A stretch of 64,000 nucleotides of DNA from Marsupella aquatica (taxonomy: Eukaryota > Plantae > Marchantiophyta). Location of the stretch: assembly GCA_973895155.1 (NCBI GenBank), contig OZ316896.1:21210152-21274151 (forward strand), given 5' to 3'. A program made the position numbers and the translations under genes. The notes beneath the pieces were generated by a model that saw nothing but the letters and a program-made list of their open reading frames with translations, ran no database searches and had not been told where the DNA came from. The first letter of the stretch is position 1, and every line of letters begins with the position of its first letter. This document shows, piece after piece, positions 12,467 to 25,312 of this stretch.

Positions 12467-15400
12467 AGCTGGGGATATGCCCTGTGCACGTCATCTAGGA
12501 GAGCAAATGATGTGTGGATTCTTGATTGTGCTTGCTCTTTTCATATTTGTTACATTCGTGAGTTTTTCAGTTCTTACTCTATTTCAAACGGTTCAGTTCT
12601 GATGGGAAATGATCACTCCTGTCAAATTGAGGGAATTGGGTCTGTGAAGATTCAAATGTTTGATGGCGCTGTGCACACAGTGTCCGAAGTCAGGTATGTA
12701 CCTGGCATGCGTAAGAATCTGATTTCACTCGGTGTGTTGGATTCAAATGGTCATCAATGGAGCGTTATTGATGGTGAACTTCAAGTCAGGTCGGGAGAGA
12801 CAGTGATTTTGAAGGGGAGTAGACAAAAGAATTTGTATGTGTTACAGGGCAATACTGTATATGGAGAGGCCAATGTAACCAAGTCTCACGAGGAGATGAC
12901 TCAACTGTGGCATTCACGGCTAGGCCACATGAGTGAGAAGGGTCTATCTTACGGAAGAATGGACTCATTTCTGATTTGCAATCTTGTAAATTAGAGTTTT
13001 GTGAGCATGCATTCTTGGAAAGCAGCATCGTCGTGCTTTTGGTGTTGGAACTCATCGTTCCAAAGCGGTTCTTGAGTACATACATAGTGACGTGTGGGGT
13101 CCATCCCCGACTCCCTCACACTCTGGAAAGTTGTACTATGTATCATTTATTGATGATTACTCAAGATTTGTGTGGATTTATTTCATGACACATAAGTCTG
13201 ATGTCTTGTCCATTTTTAAGAAGTGGAAGGCCCAGGTGGAGAATCAGACTGGAAACACGATCAAGTGTTTGGATACAAGGGTGAAGAGTCTGAGGTCAGA
13301 CAACGGCGGGGAGTACACTTCAATGGAATTTGAAGAGTACTGTTCAGAATAGGGGATAACTCGCCATCTCACCACAGTTTATACTCCGCAGCAGAATGGT
13401 GTCGCTGAGAGGCTCAATCAGACACTGTTGGAGCGGTCACGGAGTATGTTGAGCCAATCAGGTTTACCACAAGAATTTTGGGCAGAAGCTATCAATACCG
13501 CAGCTTATTTGGTAAATCTTTCTCCTTCTAGTGCTATTAATTTCAAAATGCCGTTTGAGATACGCTATAAGCGGCAAGCAGACTATCATGGCTTGGTAGT
13601 TTTTGGAAGTGATGCATATGCTCTCACATCGAAGCAGAATAGGACCAAGTTGGATCCTACCTCTAAGAAATGTGTTTTTCTTGGGTACCAGAGTGGTGTG
13701 AAAGCCTATAGGCTATGGGATCCTATTGCCTGTAAGCTCGTTGTCAGTAGGGATGTTTCTTTCAATGAATCCAGATTATTGAAGGAGGGGGAGAATACTC
13801 AGGTCTCCCATACTGACAAAGGAAAATCTCCTATCCCGGATCTCGTTGAGGGGGAGATTGGTTATGAGGTGCATGACCGGAGAGAAGGAGTTGCTCCAAT
13901 TATGGAGCTGGTTCTTGTGCCAGAGGAACCAGAGGAGTTTGTTGATGCTGGTGAGCAGCAAGTGGATGCTGTTGAGCTTCAAATTGTACCAGCACACGCA
14001 GATCAACCGAAGTCATCGGCTAGAAGAACATCTGGTCGCACTGTACGTGCTCCACCAAGGTATGGACAGTGGGTTGATTCATCTCAACTGCAAGAAAATG
14101 ATTTTGCAGTTGATGATGAGGGTGATGCGTTAATTTTGGAATAAGGGGAACCTTCTTCATTTCATGAGGCAAGTGCTTCAAAGGAGAAGCAGAAGTGGAC
14201 TGCAGCAATGCAAACGGAGATGCAGTCACTAAAGGACAATAAAACTTGGGAGCTTGTTAAGCTGCCTAAGGGTCAGTAAGTGGTGGACAGCAAGTGGATT
14301 TACAAGCTGAAGGATAATTCCATAGGAGGTGGATCAAAGGTCTACAAGGCTAGGTTGGTAGCAAAGGGATTCACACAAGAGAAAGGTGTGGATTACAATG
14401 AGGTCTTCTCACCAGTTGCTAAGTACTCTACAATACGACTATTGTGTGTACTTGTTGTAATGTTTGGTCTGCTGCTAGATCAGATGGATGTTGTCACAGC
14501 TTTCCTCTATGGCACATTGGAAGAGGTGATCTTCATGAGACAACCGCTAGGTTTTGTGAAGAGAGGACAGGAGGAATTGGTTTGCAGATTGCTGAAATCC
14601 TTGTATGGGTTGAAGCAGTCACCAAGACAGTGGAACAAGCGGTTTGACGATTGGATTCGGTCACAAGGTTTTCACAGAAGTATATTTGACCCTTGTGTGT
14701 ATTTGAAACCGGTAAAGAATGTTGTCTTTGGGTTCATTGTTTTAGTACTTTATGTGGATGATATGCTAATTGCAGCCAAGGATAGGTCTGAGATTGTTAA
14801 GCTCAAAGCACTGCTTAGTGCAGAGTTTAAGATGAAGGACTTAGGGCCAGCTAAGAGGATTTTGGGTATGGAGATCACTAGGGACTTGGAGGCTGGCAAG
14901 CTATGGTTGACGCAGAGCAGTTATGCGAGGAAGGTAATTGCAAGGTTCAACATGGGGAATAGCAAGCCAGTAAGTACCCCGTTGGCTCCACACTTCAAGT
15001 TATCATCAGCGTTCTGTCCTACAGATGACACAGAGAAGGGGTTGATGTCAAAGGTTCCGTATGACAAGGCAGTGGGGAGTCTCATGTATTTGATGACTTG
15101 CACTAGACCTGATCTTGCCATGGCTATGGGCAAGGTAAGTAGGTACATGTCGAATCCAGGGAAGGTACACTGGGAAGCAGTGAAGTGGATTATCAGGTAC
15201 TTGAAGGGTACCGTGGATCATGGTCTTTTATTTGATGCGAATGCAAAGAATGCTAAATCATTGATTGGCTATGTTGATTCTGACTATGGACAAGATTTGG
15301 ACCAAAGGAGATCAACAACAGGATACGTGTTCACACTTGGCGGTGGATGCATAAGTTGGAGGTCTACTTTGCAGAAGTGTATTGCTCAGTCTACTACAGA

Positions 15401-15734
15401 AGCGGAGTATGTTGCAGCTGTGGAAGCAGCAAAGGAAGCAATTTGGTTGGATAGACTTATCACTGAAATGGGATTGCCACAGGGGAATGTGAAGCTCCAT
15501 TGTGATAGTCAAAGTGCGCTCCACCTTGCTGTGAACCAGGTGATGGACAGCAGAGTGAAGCACATTGATGTCAGGTACCATTTTATCAGGCAGGCTGTGT
15601 CTGATAATTTATTTGAGCTAGTCAAGATTGATGGTAAACTCAACCCGGTTGACGCATTTACCAAAGTGATTCCTTTGGAGAGTTTCTCTAGACACCGTGA
15701 CGTATTGCAGGTTTTGCAATTGCATCACAAGTAG
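12467..15734 (+). pseudogene. Copia pol (protease, integrase, RT, RNase H) with premature stops and frameshifts
   Basis: WILDCACSFH, LWHSRLGH, FIDDYSR, LRSDNGGEY, YKARLVAKGF, LYVDDML and KHIDVRYHFIR motifs. Stops at ~13350, ~14142 and ~14277; frameshifts near 12940-13090. Confidence 0.92.
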
Positions 15735-15913
15735 AGTTTTCTTAACATTCATTGTAATTACTGATATATGCTCTTCCTCATTCCTATGTATTAGGCTACG
15801 GCTTAGTTCTGGTTTGCTCTAGTTAGAGAGGGAAACCGGTTTGGTTTTTGTCCAGAACTTCCCGCTGAGGGATCATATACATTGGCAGTATTACTCTCCC
15901 CTAGATTAGAGTC

Positions 15914-15924
15914 AAGGGGAAGAT
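15914..15924 (+). promoter_or_regulatory. Polypurine tract
   Basis: AAGGGGAAGAT immediately before the 3' LTR. Confidence 0.85.
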
Positions 15925-16345
15925 TGTTGGGTATTTACTCTTACGTCTAGGTTAGGTATGACGTGGTTGGTACAACAACGTGGGTTGGTACAACTACGTG
16001 GTTAGGTACAACTACGTGATTAGGTACAACTATGTGGTTAGGTACAATTACGTGATTAGGTACAACTATATGGTTAGGTACAACTAAGTTGCACACTATA
16101 TCATAAGAGGCATGTGTGCTTGGAGAGGTAGAACCAAGGCTCATTGTTATGGAGCCACTTGAGAGATAGGGAGAGCTTACACTGTGGAGACTCGGTATAG
16201 TCGACAGGCTTAGAGTTCAGTAAAGCTCTCTTGTGTGTTCCCGTGGACGTAGCCTCAAGGAGGTGAACCACGTATCTCTTGTGTCGACTATTGTGCGTTG
16301 GATGGTTCATGGGCTTGCCGTTGTGATCGTCGTCTATGCTCAACA
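15925..16345 (+). repeat. Copia 3' LTR
   Basis: Same length as the 5' LTR and near-identical; followed by TSD TGGAG. Confidence 0.95.
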
Positions 16346-16667
16346 TGGAGTACCCTAATACCTACCCTAAAAAGGTTTACTACATTTTTTGTTTCAAATG
16401 GAAATTACAATACATCACGAGCTTCAATGAAGGGTTTATATATTCAAATATACATAATTGTTCTTCTTGGTATAATGGGGCGCTGGGATTTTCCTTCAGA
16501 TGTCATTTATTATTTATGTTTGAAATAGAAAACATAGTACAGGCCAGATAAGCCTAAATCAATGGGTTTGTACAAATGACCAAAATGAATTGCTAAAATG
16601 GACAAATATTGAGTAAATGAAAGGAGGTTCCCACTAGAAGTGATGACTGTGAAGCCTGATGCATGTG

Positions 16668-17012
16668 CTAACCACTTGTGGGCGATGGCATAGCCTCGGG
16701 CGGAATTGGAGCAGCCTCAGCTGCTCGCCATACCCAAAGCTCCTCAACTGTAGGCCGTGCACGATCAAGTAACCATGTGACCACAGTATAGTGTGTCGTA
16801 TCCTGCCCAAGTAGAGCTCTAAGGTCCTCCCACTCATCCCACCGGTCAAGTGGGACCCGGATTTTGGGCTTGGCATCCGGTCTCCGCATCTTCTTGTAAT
16901 CGATGTCATCACTCGGATATCGCTGCCTTGGTGGACCACCACCTCGTGGGGGGCATTTTCGCCTCCCATCTGGAAGAGGGGGGGGGGAGGGGGGGTGACC
17001 CGGCAAACTCAT
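16668..17012 (-). CDS. Hypothetical 114-aa ORF, possibly the 5' fragment of a transposon-encoded gene
   Basis: ATG start, GC-rich, protein-like core (KIRVPLDRWDEWEDLRALLG...VVTWLLDRA), in a TE-dense context. No family was recognised with confidence. Confidence 0.35.
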   Translation of the reverse strand: MSLPGHPPSPPPLPDGRRKCPPRGGGPPRQRYPSDDIDYKKMRRPDAKPKIRVPLDRWDEWEDLRALLGQDTTHYTVVTWLLDRARPTVEELWVWRAAEAAPIPPEAMPSPTSG

Positions 17013-18577
17013 ACTAGCATATTCTAAAACCTACACAAAAAAGACTTATAGGCTCTAGAACGGAGAAGGGAGACCGGATGCCAAGTCCAACCCGGCAAGC
17101 GACTACAAAGTTGCACCAAACAAATCTCAAGTTCAACACAAGTAGAAAGAACAAGTACTAATAGAAAATTGGGGAGGACAATGAGGCCTGAATGCAAGCA
17201 AACCGGCTCTTTGCCCCCTGCCAGCCCTCTACCCCTCTTCCCCATTGGCTACATCCCGTTACATCCTCATCATCCAAAGACTTTTTTTAGTAACCCTAAC
17301 AAGTTCCCTAGCCCGCCACCGCGCTAACCCACGGGAAATCTATTCCGCCACCCACATAGGGCAGCGCACTGCCAAAAAGGTCCATTTTGCACACAGGGTG
17401 CTTGCGAGTTTTGACCCTGGGACCTTGAGTACACAGGCAGGAGATCGAACCAAAACACTAGGGGGAACCATTCAAAGAGAGTAATCCAAAAACTGTATAT
17501 AAAGTAATGAAGGGCGCTCAGTCCCACAAGGGCAGGGCCGGGGCCCTCTTTGGCTGCCTGTCCCTTACAACAAAGGCTTGCACTGCCCGACCATATGAGC
17601 GCCTGGCCAAACCCGCGAAGGAGCCCTGTCACAGGCATTGTCCCCATGCCAGATGTCCCCTGCCCGACTTGCGCGAAAATTTTCAAATTTGAATTCGTGG
17701 CTCAGCCAATCAGAACACTGCAATCGTTTTTCACAATTTTCTTTCTTATTTTTCATCATTTTTAATCCTGGATTTTTGGTATACGTAGATCTTCAAGAGA
17801 TCTTCAATTTGAGCCGTGGATTGGGTCATTTGGTGAACGGATGGGATTTCCGAGAGCTTTGATTGAAGGGCTGGCGATGGGCGCCGTCCACAAATGCGAA
17901 TGTCGCGTTTGTTAAATGTGTACTCCGGGTCACCCGGAATACTTCAGATAGTAAGACTTGTGGTTTAAGTGTGGTATTCTTGATAGCAGTACAGAATGTA
18001 TAGGTAAGTAAGTTTACAAATCCCAATAGTATTGACTAATGTCTAGCATGTGGATAGTGGATAATACACTTGGGTGGAATCATGTAATCTCGATCATGTC
18101 AAATCTCTCAAATTCAATTATGGGTGAGTCAAGGATTTTGTACATAATTGGCCTAATAGACAAGAAGCCTAAAACAAGTACATAATACCGAAGTAGGAAC
18201 CAGTGATCCAATAGAGGCACCAACCTTCGTTAAGAGATTGAATTAACCAAATCAAACTTGATCTGATTAAAATCTCTCTAGCTAGCATAATGAGCTTGAA
18301 GAGCTGTCTCTCGAGATCTGAATCTCATGAGCTCCCAGGTTATGAGTAACAACTATAGCGCCGTATGGGTACGATTAATGTCTCTCAGCCTGCACAAATT
18401 AACCACAGATGCAAAAGTATATTTGTAGTATACTCCTGGCCGTTGGTTGTCCCCTCTGATCACACGCGCACAAACCTGGCTCTAGAAATCCCATTCTGCT
18501 TCTTGGAATACTTACACTCGCAGGATCAAAGAATCCCTGCATCAAGAGGGACTGGCAGCAAAGAAGACCAACATTGA

Positions 18578-18750
18578 CCTCATACAGTTATTCGTTTTGA
18601 AGCTGTAGACCTTTTGCCTCTCCCTATCAGGTAATTCTGACTACCTCCTACGCTCCGCATACTACCGAGCCTAATATGACATGACATCGATACAACTTCA
18701 CCTCAGCCCTTTTTGGATGTCCTGTTCTCCATCACCCTCCCCACCTCATC

Positions 18751-18794
<44 letters not shown>

Positions 18795-21700
18795 TCTATT
18801 TAAACCATCCAAGGTCTCGAGATTTTATGATTTGGAATTACCTTAAATGAAAACTTCACTCTGATCGACTAACCACGCAAGTTCTTTCTTATGTAAAATT
18901 GGAAATGAAACCAGGATGCCTAGACCTTCTGCAGTGACAAGATAATAATCTAGTACTGGATCCCACATCTGGACGGTCCAGTTTTGCGGAACGTGCATAC
19001 ATCCGATGAAATCTGCGCTAAATCTAGCTAGAAAGGGAAGCACGCATCCTCCACTCCACTAGAAATTGAAGGTAGATATCAGATCGCGCGAGTTCCTACA
19101 CTTGAAGATATCGAAGGCACGTGGAGATTAATCTCTTGAACTGAGCGAATTAATATTGAAGGCATGTCGAAACTAAAGACTACCTTAGACATATGGATCG
19201 AAGTCTTGAACATAACTAAGCTAAGAAAATGCAGTCTCCATTATGTTCAAATGCTTCATGTTTCATACTACGTACTCTTTTAAGAGATTCTCTTGATTAA
19301 GTGTGCTTTGTGGTTAGTTAAGACTATTACTCTACTAATCAAGAGATCGAGCTCTTAGTTTGGCGCACATAATTGATGCGAAGTTTATCTTGCTAACAAG
19401 ATTGACCTACAAATACATCACATGCAATCAACCTGCAGCCACAAATATTAACCAAATAATATATTCATCCAAGGCTAAACCACAATTTAGTGAAATGATC
19501 TGAGACTGGGACCGGGGACGTCGTGCAAGCATCAATCGCCATGAATTGGATCACCTTATACTTCGGGATTCTGTCAGTACGTTGTCTTTTTTCTACGAGA
19601 GAACTCATATCGATCTCTCACAGGACAAGGACCTCTTGGACAAAATCAGACATTAGAGTAATTTAGGTACCTTCTCCCAAGTCGACGCTGCCAGCATATT
19701 ACAAGGAACAGGCTCGCTCCACCTGTACATTTTCTAGGCTCGATCTGACCTCTTTCTAAGATATTTTTGTTCCAATCTTAATTTAAATGAAGAACTTGAT
19801 ATAAGAATGTAAGATTTTAGTAGTTAGTTCAGAGTGTAATCTGTCAAAAAAGAATTCTGAATGCTGCCCTGCTAATTACTGTGTCTATATATTCTCATCC
19901 TGAAATGTGTTTAATAGTGCACTCATGATCTCTACATCTTCTTGGATCTCTGCTACGTACTTTCCAGCCTCTCCATGCTAGAACTTAGAAGCGTTGGAAA
20001 AAAAATGACCCAGTGTGGAGAACATGCATTTATTAAATTTTACCTGTGAGAAAGTCACCATACTCACTAGTTGTGAGTGAATGCATGTGGTCAGTAAATT
20101 TGTAATTACACAAATTTGAGCAAACAAAAACTAACTGCAAAGGAACCTAATCAGAAAACACTACTAATCAACGTTCTAGTACTTCTAAGAAAATTTACAC
20201 TAGATAATTAGGATTTCACTCTTAATAAAAACTTTCTACTGACTGACAAGCAGATGCTTAATTTTTCATATTGATGGAGATAGATGTTAGAGAAATTATT
20301 CTTCAGCACGTACTTAATACTAGTATTTGATTGTAATAGTCATTCGATTATGAAGCTTTTCTCACATCCTGGATTTACTCAAATTAAAGTGGATGGTGCT
20401 CATGACTGTGTATATATTTGTGCTTAAATTTGGGACCATTTTTCAGGTAACTGTAATGGCAACAACTGTGGTATTAATTTTTGATTGTTGTGTACTTCCA
20501 ATGCTTCAAGGGCTGGTGGTATTGCGCCCCTGTCGTTTCAATCGATCGATCAAAGGCCGCAGGGATATGAAACTTATAATGTCAAGATCTTCGACACCTC
20601 CAACTTGCCCATCATGCTCTAGTTTGCCTTATTAGTTTGTTTCCAAACTGTACTAGCTGCTGTTGTATAAGAGTTCGATGGTACCTTTTTTGTTAGATTG
20701 CTTAGAAATAAATCCGAAGGAGTACATCCCGGGAAGGAGTCAAAGTGCTTGCAAAACGAACAAGCCATTCCAGCTGGACCTCTTCTGTATACATCACCCC
20801 TCCTCCAAGTTAATTTGGTAACTAACAAACATTGTTTGGGCTCATCCGCCCATGCCTTGCTCTAGCTACCTACGGTTTCGTTGATGGCATATATGCCCCC
20901 TATCTCGATCAGATTAAGGTATGGATTCAAGTATCTGGGTCTTCAGCCAGATTACAGGTAAATTAAACAACACATACCTGGTGATGCCAGACCCCCGGCC
21001 AGACCATCGTGACTCTCTACGCTTAATTGAAAAACAGCGCGCTCAAACAAAAAAAAGACACATGCCAGACAGACAATGGTGAGTATGGAGAAGAATCTCA
21101 AAAGCAAGATATATCCATATATGTGAACCTACTGTTGGAACTTATATTGAGGGGCACTCATTGGGGTGTTGAAATCAATCATGGACCATATATATATTTA
21201 TTTACTTAATGGATGTGATCGAAAAACAAAAACTATAGATTTTGGATTCACCATAACAGATGAATGGGAAGAAAGGATGAAAGATCCTGACAAGCTAGTG
21301 TCCACCTCCACTTCCACAAGACAAGTGACTTGCATGCATCTGGAAGGGCCACAGGCAACTCACTTTCTCCATCATCCCCTGGGCACTAGCTAGGTAGCAC
21401 AAGCTACTCCTACTGTTCCAGAGAAAAGTCTCTTGGCACCTTCACTTTTCCCGGCCACTAACTATCTGCGCGCTAGCTTGTACGTTACTCGATCACCACT
21501 TGTCCCTAGGCACCTCACGGTTTGATGAGTAGAGCCCGTACTCACATCCATATGATCGACGATCGACTTGCCTCTCTTCGTTCCAGAGGCAAGCTAGTCA
21601 CTTGGCACTTCCTTGTCACGTACTAGGACGTAGCCAGTGCGTAAATGCATGTCACTAGGCACCACACCATTTGACTCGCAAGTGACTAGCTTGCTTCTTC

Positions 21701-23520
21701 TCAATATTAAGGGCCCTTGTGGACTCTAATTGTTCCATTCGTATATCCTGCAGCAAGACAGTGCTCTCAAGGCCACGATTGAATCGTTTCCCTTTGTATC
21801 TAGCAATTTGTTGCACTCTACACATTCAAAAGCTTGTTCCATACTGTCTAGCTTGTGTACTTTCGATCTAGCTCGATCTGGTCGAGTATCAGGTTCTAGA
21901 TTTTGATCTTCACTCGATCATTACATATCTGGGCCTAGCTAGGTTGTGATCATCATTAATTTGCGTCAACATGAGCTTCGGGGCTGACGTTTACGGGGAG
22001 CTTCAAGGGCTTCCCAGCCGGAGAGACGTTGCGGAGACTCACCAGATCAGTAGGAGAGAATATGAGGAGGAGGGACGATTTAATTCCATCCTGCGGCGAA
22101 CTGATTTCTCCCCATTGATTTCTGTTGGAAAGAGTGGGGAGGTGAGGAGCCAGGTCAGTAGGAAAGCTCTTAGATGCAGGAACTGTGGACTATCTGGACA
22201 TACCAGGAGGATGTGCCCAGCTGTGGGGTTCCAAGCTCCCTATCATTCTGCAAGGAGCAGCTGTAGAAACTTCAGGACCTCTGCAAAAATCGAACATGAT
22301 GGAAGGATATGCCCAGGTCTCGACCTTTCTGCAAGGAGCAGTCCAACCTCCAGTACCTATGGACATGATAGGAGGACGTGGCCATTTTCGGCACCTCATG
22401 CTCCAGACACCGCTACGTTGTTGGCACCTGATGCTCGATACACGGCTGCTTCAGAGGGACTATGCAAAAGGGAAGTGGGTCATACTTTGCGACAGACATT
22501 AGACTCTTCCGTAAGTGGAGGGAACAGCAAAGATAAGATGGAGAGACCCCAATGTCGTTCTCTACGGCATGATGAGCCTGAGACATTAGTTAGGCTCATT
22601 GAGTCTTTGACGCTGGACAGTCAGTAAGAGTCGAAAAGGAATGCACGGCTCAACTTCATTGAGAATTGGGGAACAATACTTAACTGCGCACACTCAACGC
22701 GCTAGCAAAGTATGCCTACACTTGATTCTAAGGTGATCTTACTGTAGAGATGAAGATCAATATATTGGACGAGAGACACAAGGGCGCGCCAGGAGTATAG
22801 GTACATGAACGTAATCATTCTTAGTCCACAGGCTCCCTTGGACAGTCACATGCACGCAGCACCAGGCGCAGCACCACCCTGAATTTCTGATTCCTTGGCA
22901 TACGAAACATGACCAGTGACCTTATTGCACGGGCAAGATATGTATCAGCTAGATGCCCAGACAAATGTAACAAATGTAGAGGAGGGTGATCGTTGGATGG
23001 AAAGCTAGACAATGGTCTGTCATTAATTATTGTAAGCGCGCGCAGTCTTACTAACTAATACCGGCCGCGACTAGTCAGGGACCGATACAATATCTTTTTG
23101 CCAACAGTATCACACGTACTTCTAGTTTGGACCGACTGCTTTTGATATGTGTTTGTGCCTGCACACTTTGACGTGCATGAATGATGACTAATGTTTATAT
23201 AGTTGCCTTGGATGCTTGTTTCTATGTACATACACATACTGCACATCGATTCTATGAAAATAAGATACAAATGTTTTGATTTGGCACCTCACCTGATTAG
23301 GAATCAATCTTAGAACTGACCGCGAGGCTATAGTTTAGTAGGCAGTTACTTTCGCTTTGGCACGAGAGATCATCTCCATGAACTCTAGGTACGTACCCTG
23401 GGCCTCAGGCCACCGCTAGTAAACTATTTAGACCCACTTGTGAACTCTCTCTCTCTGGCCACAGTTTACTCTTGTTTTTTTTGTCAAAACTCAATTATTT
23501 TCTAGTGTTATTATGGATCT
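18578..23520. repeat. Duplication unit, copy 1
   Basis: Aligns to 24420-29880 (first ~360 bp inverted) and, from 20042, to 29881 onward. Confidence 0.9.
21971..22627 (+). CDS. Intronless CCHC zinc-knuckle protein, copy 1 (218 aa)
   Basis: CRNCGLSGHTRRMC = CX2CX4HX4C; AACATG start context; frame kept across paralogs. Confidence 0.8.
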   Translation: MSFGADVYGELQGLPSRRDVAETHQISRREYEEEGRFNSILRRTDFSPLISVGKSGEVRSQVSRKALRCRNCGLSGHTRRMCPAVGFQAPYHSARSSCRNFRTSAKIEHDGRICPGLDLSARSSPTSSTYGHDRRTWPFSAPHAPDTATLLAPDARYTAASEGLCKREVGHTLRQTLDSSVSGGNSKDKMERPQCRSLRHDEPETLVRLIESLTLDSQ

Positions 23521-23772
23521 AGGGGGTTCACTATATGGATGTCTCCCATCACCTCCAGCTTTTTTGAGGCCTAGGACCCTTAATATATAAGAAAAAAAAT
23601 TATTTTTTAATTTCTATAAAATTAGAATATTCTAAGATTTTGGTTAAAAAGACCATAATATTCTTATAAGTCTCAAAATTGGATTTAAAACAATCTATTA
23701 TTCTTTTGAGAAAATTATTAAATCTTTCCTTCAAACCAATAAAATGATATTATCATTTATCGTACGTGATCT
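23521..23772 (-). mobile_element. MITE (family A) fragment, truncated
   Basis: Starts AGGGGGTTCACTATATGG and aligns to 6714-6975; broken off at a CACTA terminus. Confidence 0.7.
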
Positions 23773-24290
23773 CACTACAACATATTTGACACTTTTACAA
23801 AGGTATTTTTGTCGACGCTCTTGTATATCCGATGGGCGACGCTTGGCATAATTTGTGAATCAACCCGCATCACAATTTGTGATTCTATCCCTATTGCAAA
23901 GATAATACTTAAAGCGTATTATATCGCTAATACGTTGTGAAGTAAGTGATTTTGCAAGTTTTACCGAAACACGCCAAATGGAAAGGTGTCTTCTGAAGAT
24001 GTCGAAATCGCTCGCCAACTCCGAAACTTACTGATGTAAATATTTGCGAAGAAGGTTGGATTGAAAATGTTTTGCGATAATAGTTGTTTGACAAGTTTGA
24101 GATTGTCGGAGGATGGAAGATTTGCAAAATGGTGAGAATATGAAATTTGTGATTGATTTTACATCACAAGTTTGCGAATAGTATAATATGGAAATATTGA
24201 GAAACGAGAAGCTTCATAGAAATTGCGAATCCGGTGAAATTTTGTGAGCTTCGCAAATTGTTCGCAAACTAAAAATTAAGATTATTGTGA
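23773..24290. mobile_element. Possible CACTA element terminus
   Basis: CACTACAA begins exactly where MITE homology stops, followed by many TTGCGA/TTGTGA sub-terminal-like motifs. The opposite TIR was not found. Confidence 0.4.
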
Positions 24291-25312
24291 GGTGAGACAC
24301 ACAGGGAAAAACTGTCACATGCGCGCCCCTGTCAGAAATCAAATTTATCCTACCTTATGTGTGACTTTTACCTAGTTTGTTATTGGTGTTCTTAAGTCGT
24401 ACTTACAAAAAAGACAATACACTACAGAAGGTCTGGGCATGCTTGTTTCATTTCCAATTTTATACAAGAAAGAGCTTGAGTAATTAGTCGATCAGGGTGA
24501 AGTTTTCATTTAAGGCCAAATCATAAAATCTGGAGACCTTGGATGGCTTAAATAGAGAATCTATATATATATATTTTTAGTGGATGATCGAGGTGGGGAG
24601 GGTGATGGAGTACAGGACATCCAAAAAGGGCTGAGGTGAAGTTGTATCGATGTCATGCCATATTAGGCTCGCGCGGTAGTATGCGGACAACATCATATGC
24701 CATGCATAGGAGGTAGTCAGAATTACCTGATAGGGAGAGGCAAAAGGTCTACAGCTTCAAAAAGAATAACTGCATGTATGAGATATCAAGAGAATCATCT
24801 AGTACTAGCTGGCTCCCACATCTGGACGGTCCAGTTTTGCGGAACGTGCTAGAGACTACCTTAGAGATATGGATCGAAGTCTTGAACAGATCGAGCTAAG
24901 CTAAGGAAATGCAGTCTCCATTATGTTCAGATGCTTCATGTTTCATACTACGTACTCTTTTAAGAGATTCTCTTGATTGAGTGTGCTTTGTGGTTAATTA
25001 AAGACTATTGCTCTACTGATCTAGACATCGAGCTCTTAGTTTGGCGCGCATTGATATATGCGAAGTTTATCTTACTAACAAGATTGGCCTACAATACATC
25101 ACAATCAACCTGCAGCCACAAATGTTAACCAAATAATTCATTTAAGGCTAATTAATCGTACCGCATATTAGTGAGATAATCTGAGACTGGGACCGGGGAC
25201 GTCGTGCAAGTATCAATCCCCAACATTTGGATCACCTCATGCTTCGGGATTCTGTCAGTACGTTATCTTTTTTCCTATGAGAGAACTCACATCGATCTCT
25301 CACAGGACCTCT

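Larger units (their letters stand above)
9874..16345 (+). mobile_element. Full-length Ty1/Copia LTR retrotransposon, coding region disrupted
   Basis: Two 421-bp TG..CA LTRs, 5-bp TSD TGGAG (9869-9873, 16346-16350), PBS and PPT, and gag-PR-IN-RT-RNaseH order. Confidence 0.97.

Noticed and set aside
22185-22502. Overlapping +1-frame ORF present in all zinc-knuckle copies
   Set aside because: GTG start; its retention is explained by recent duplication and triplet-only indels in the main frame.
21971-22627. Zinc-knuckle gene as retrotransposon gag
   Set aside because: No capsid domain, LTRs, PBS or pol; the copies arose by tandem segmental duplication.
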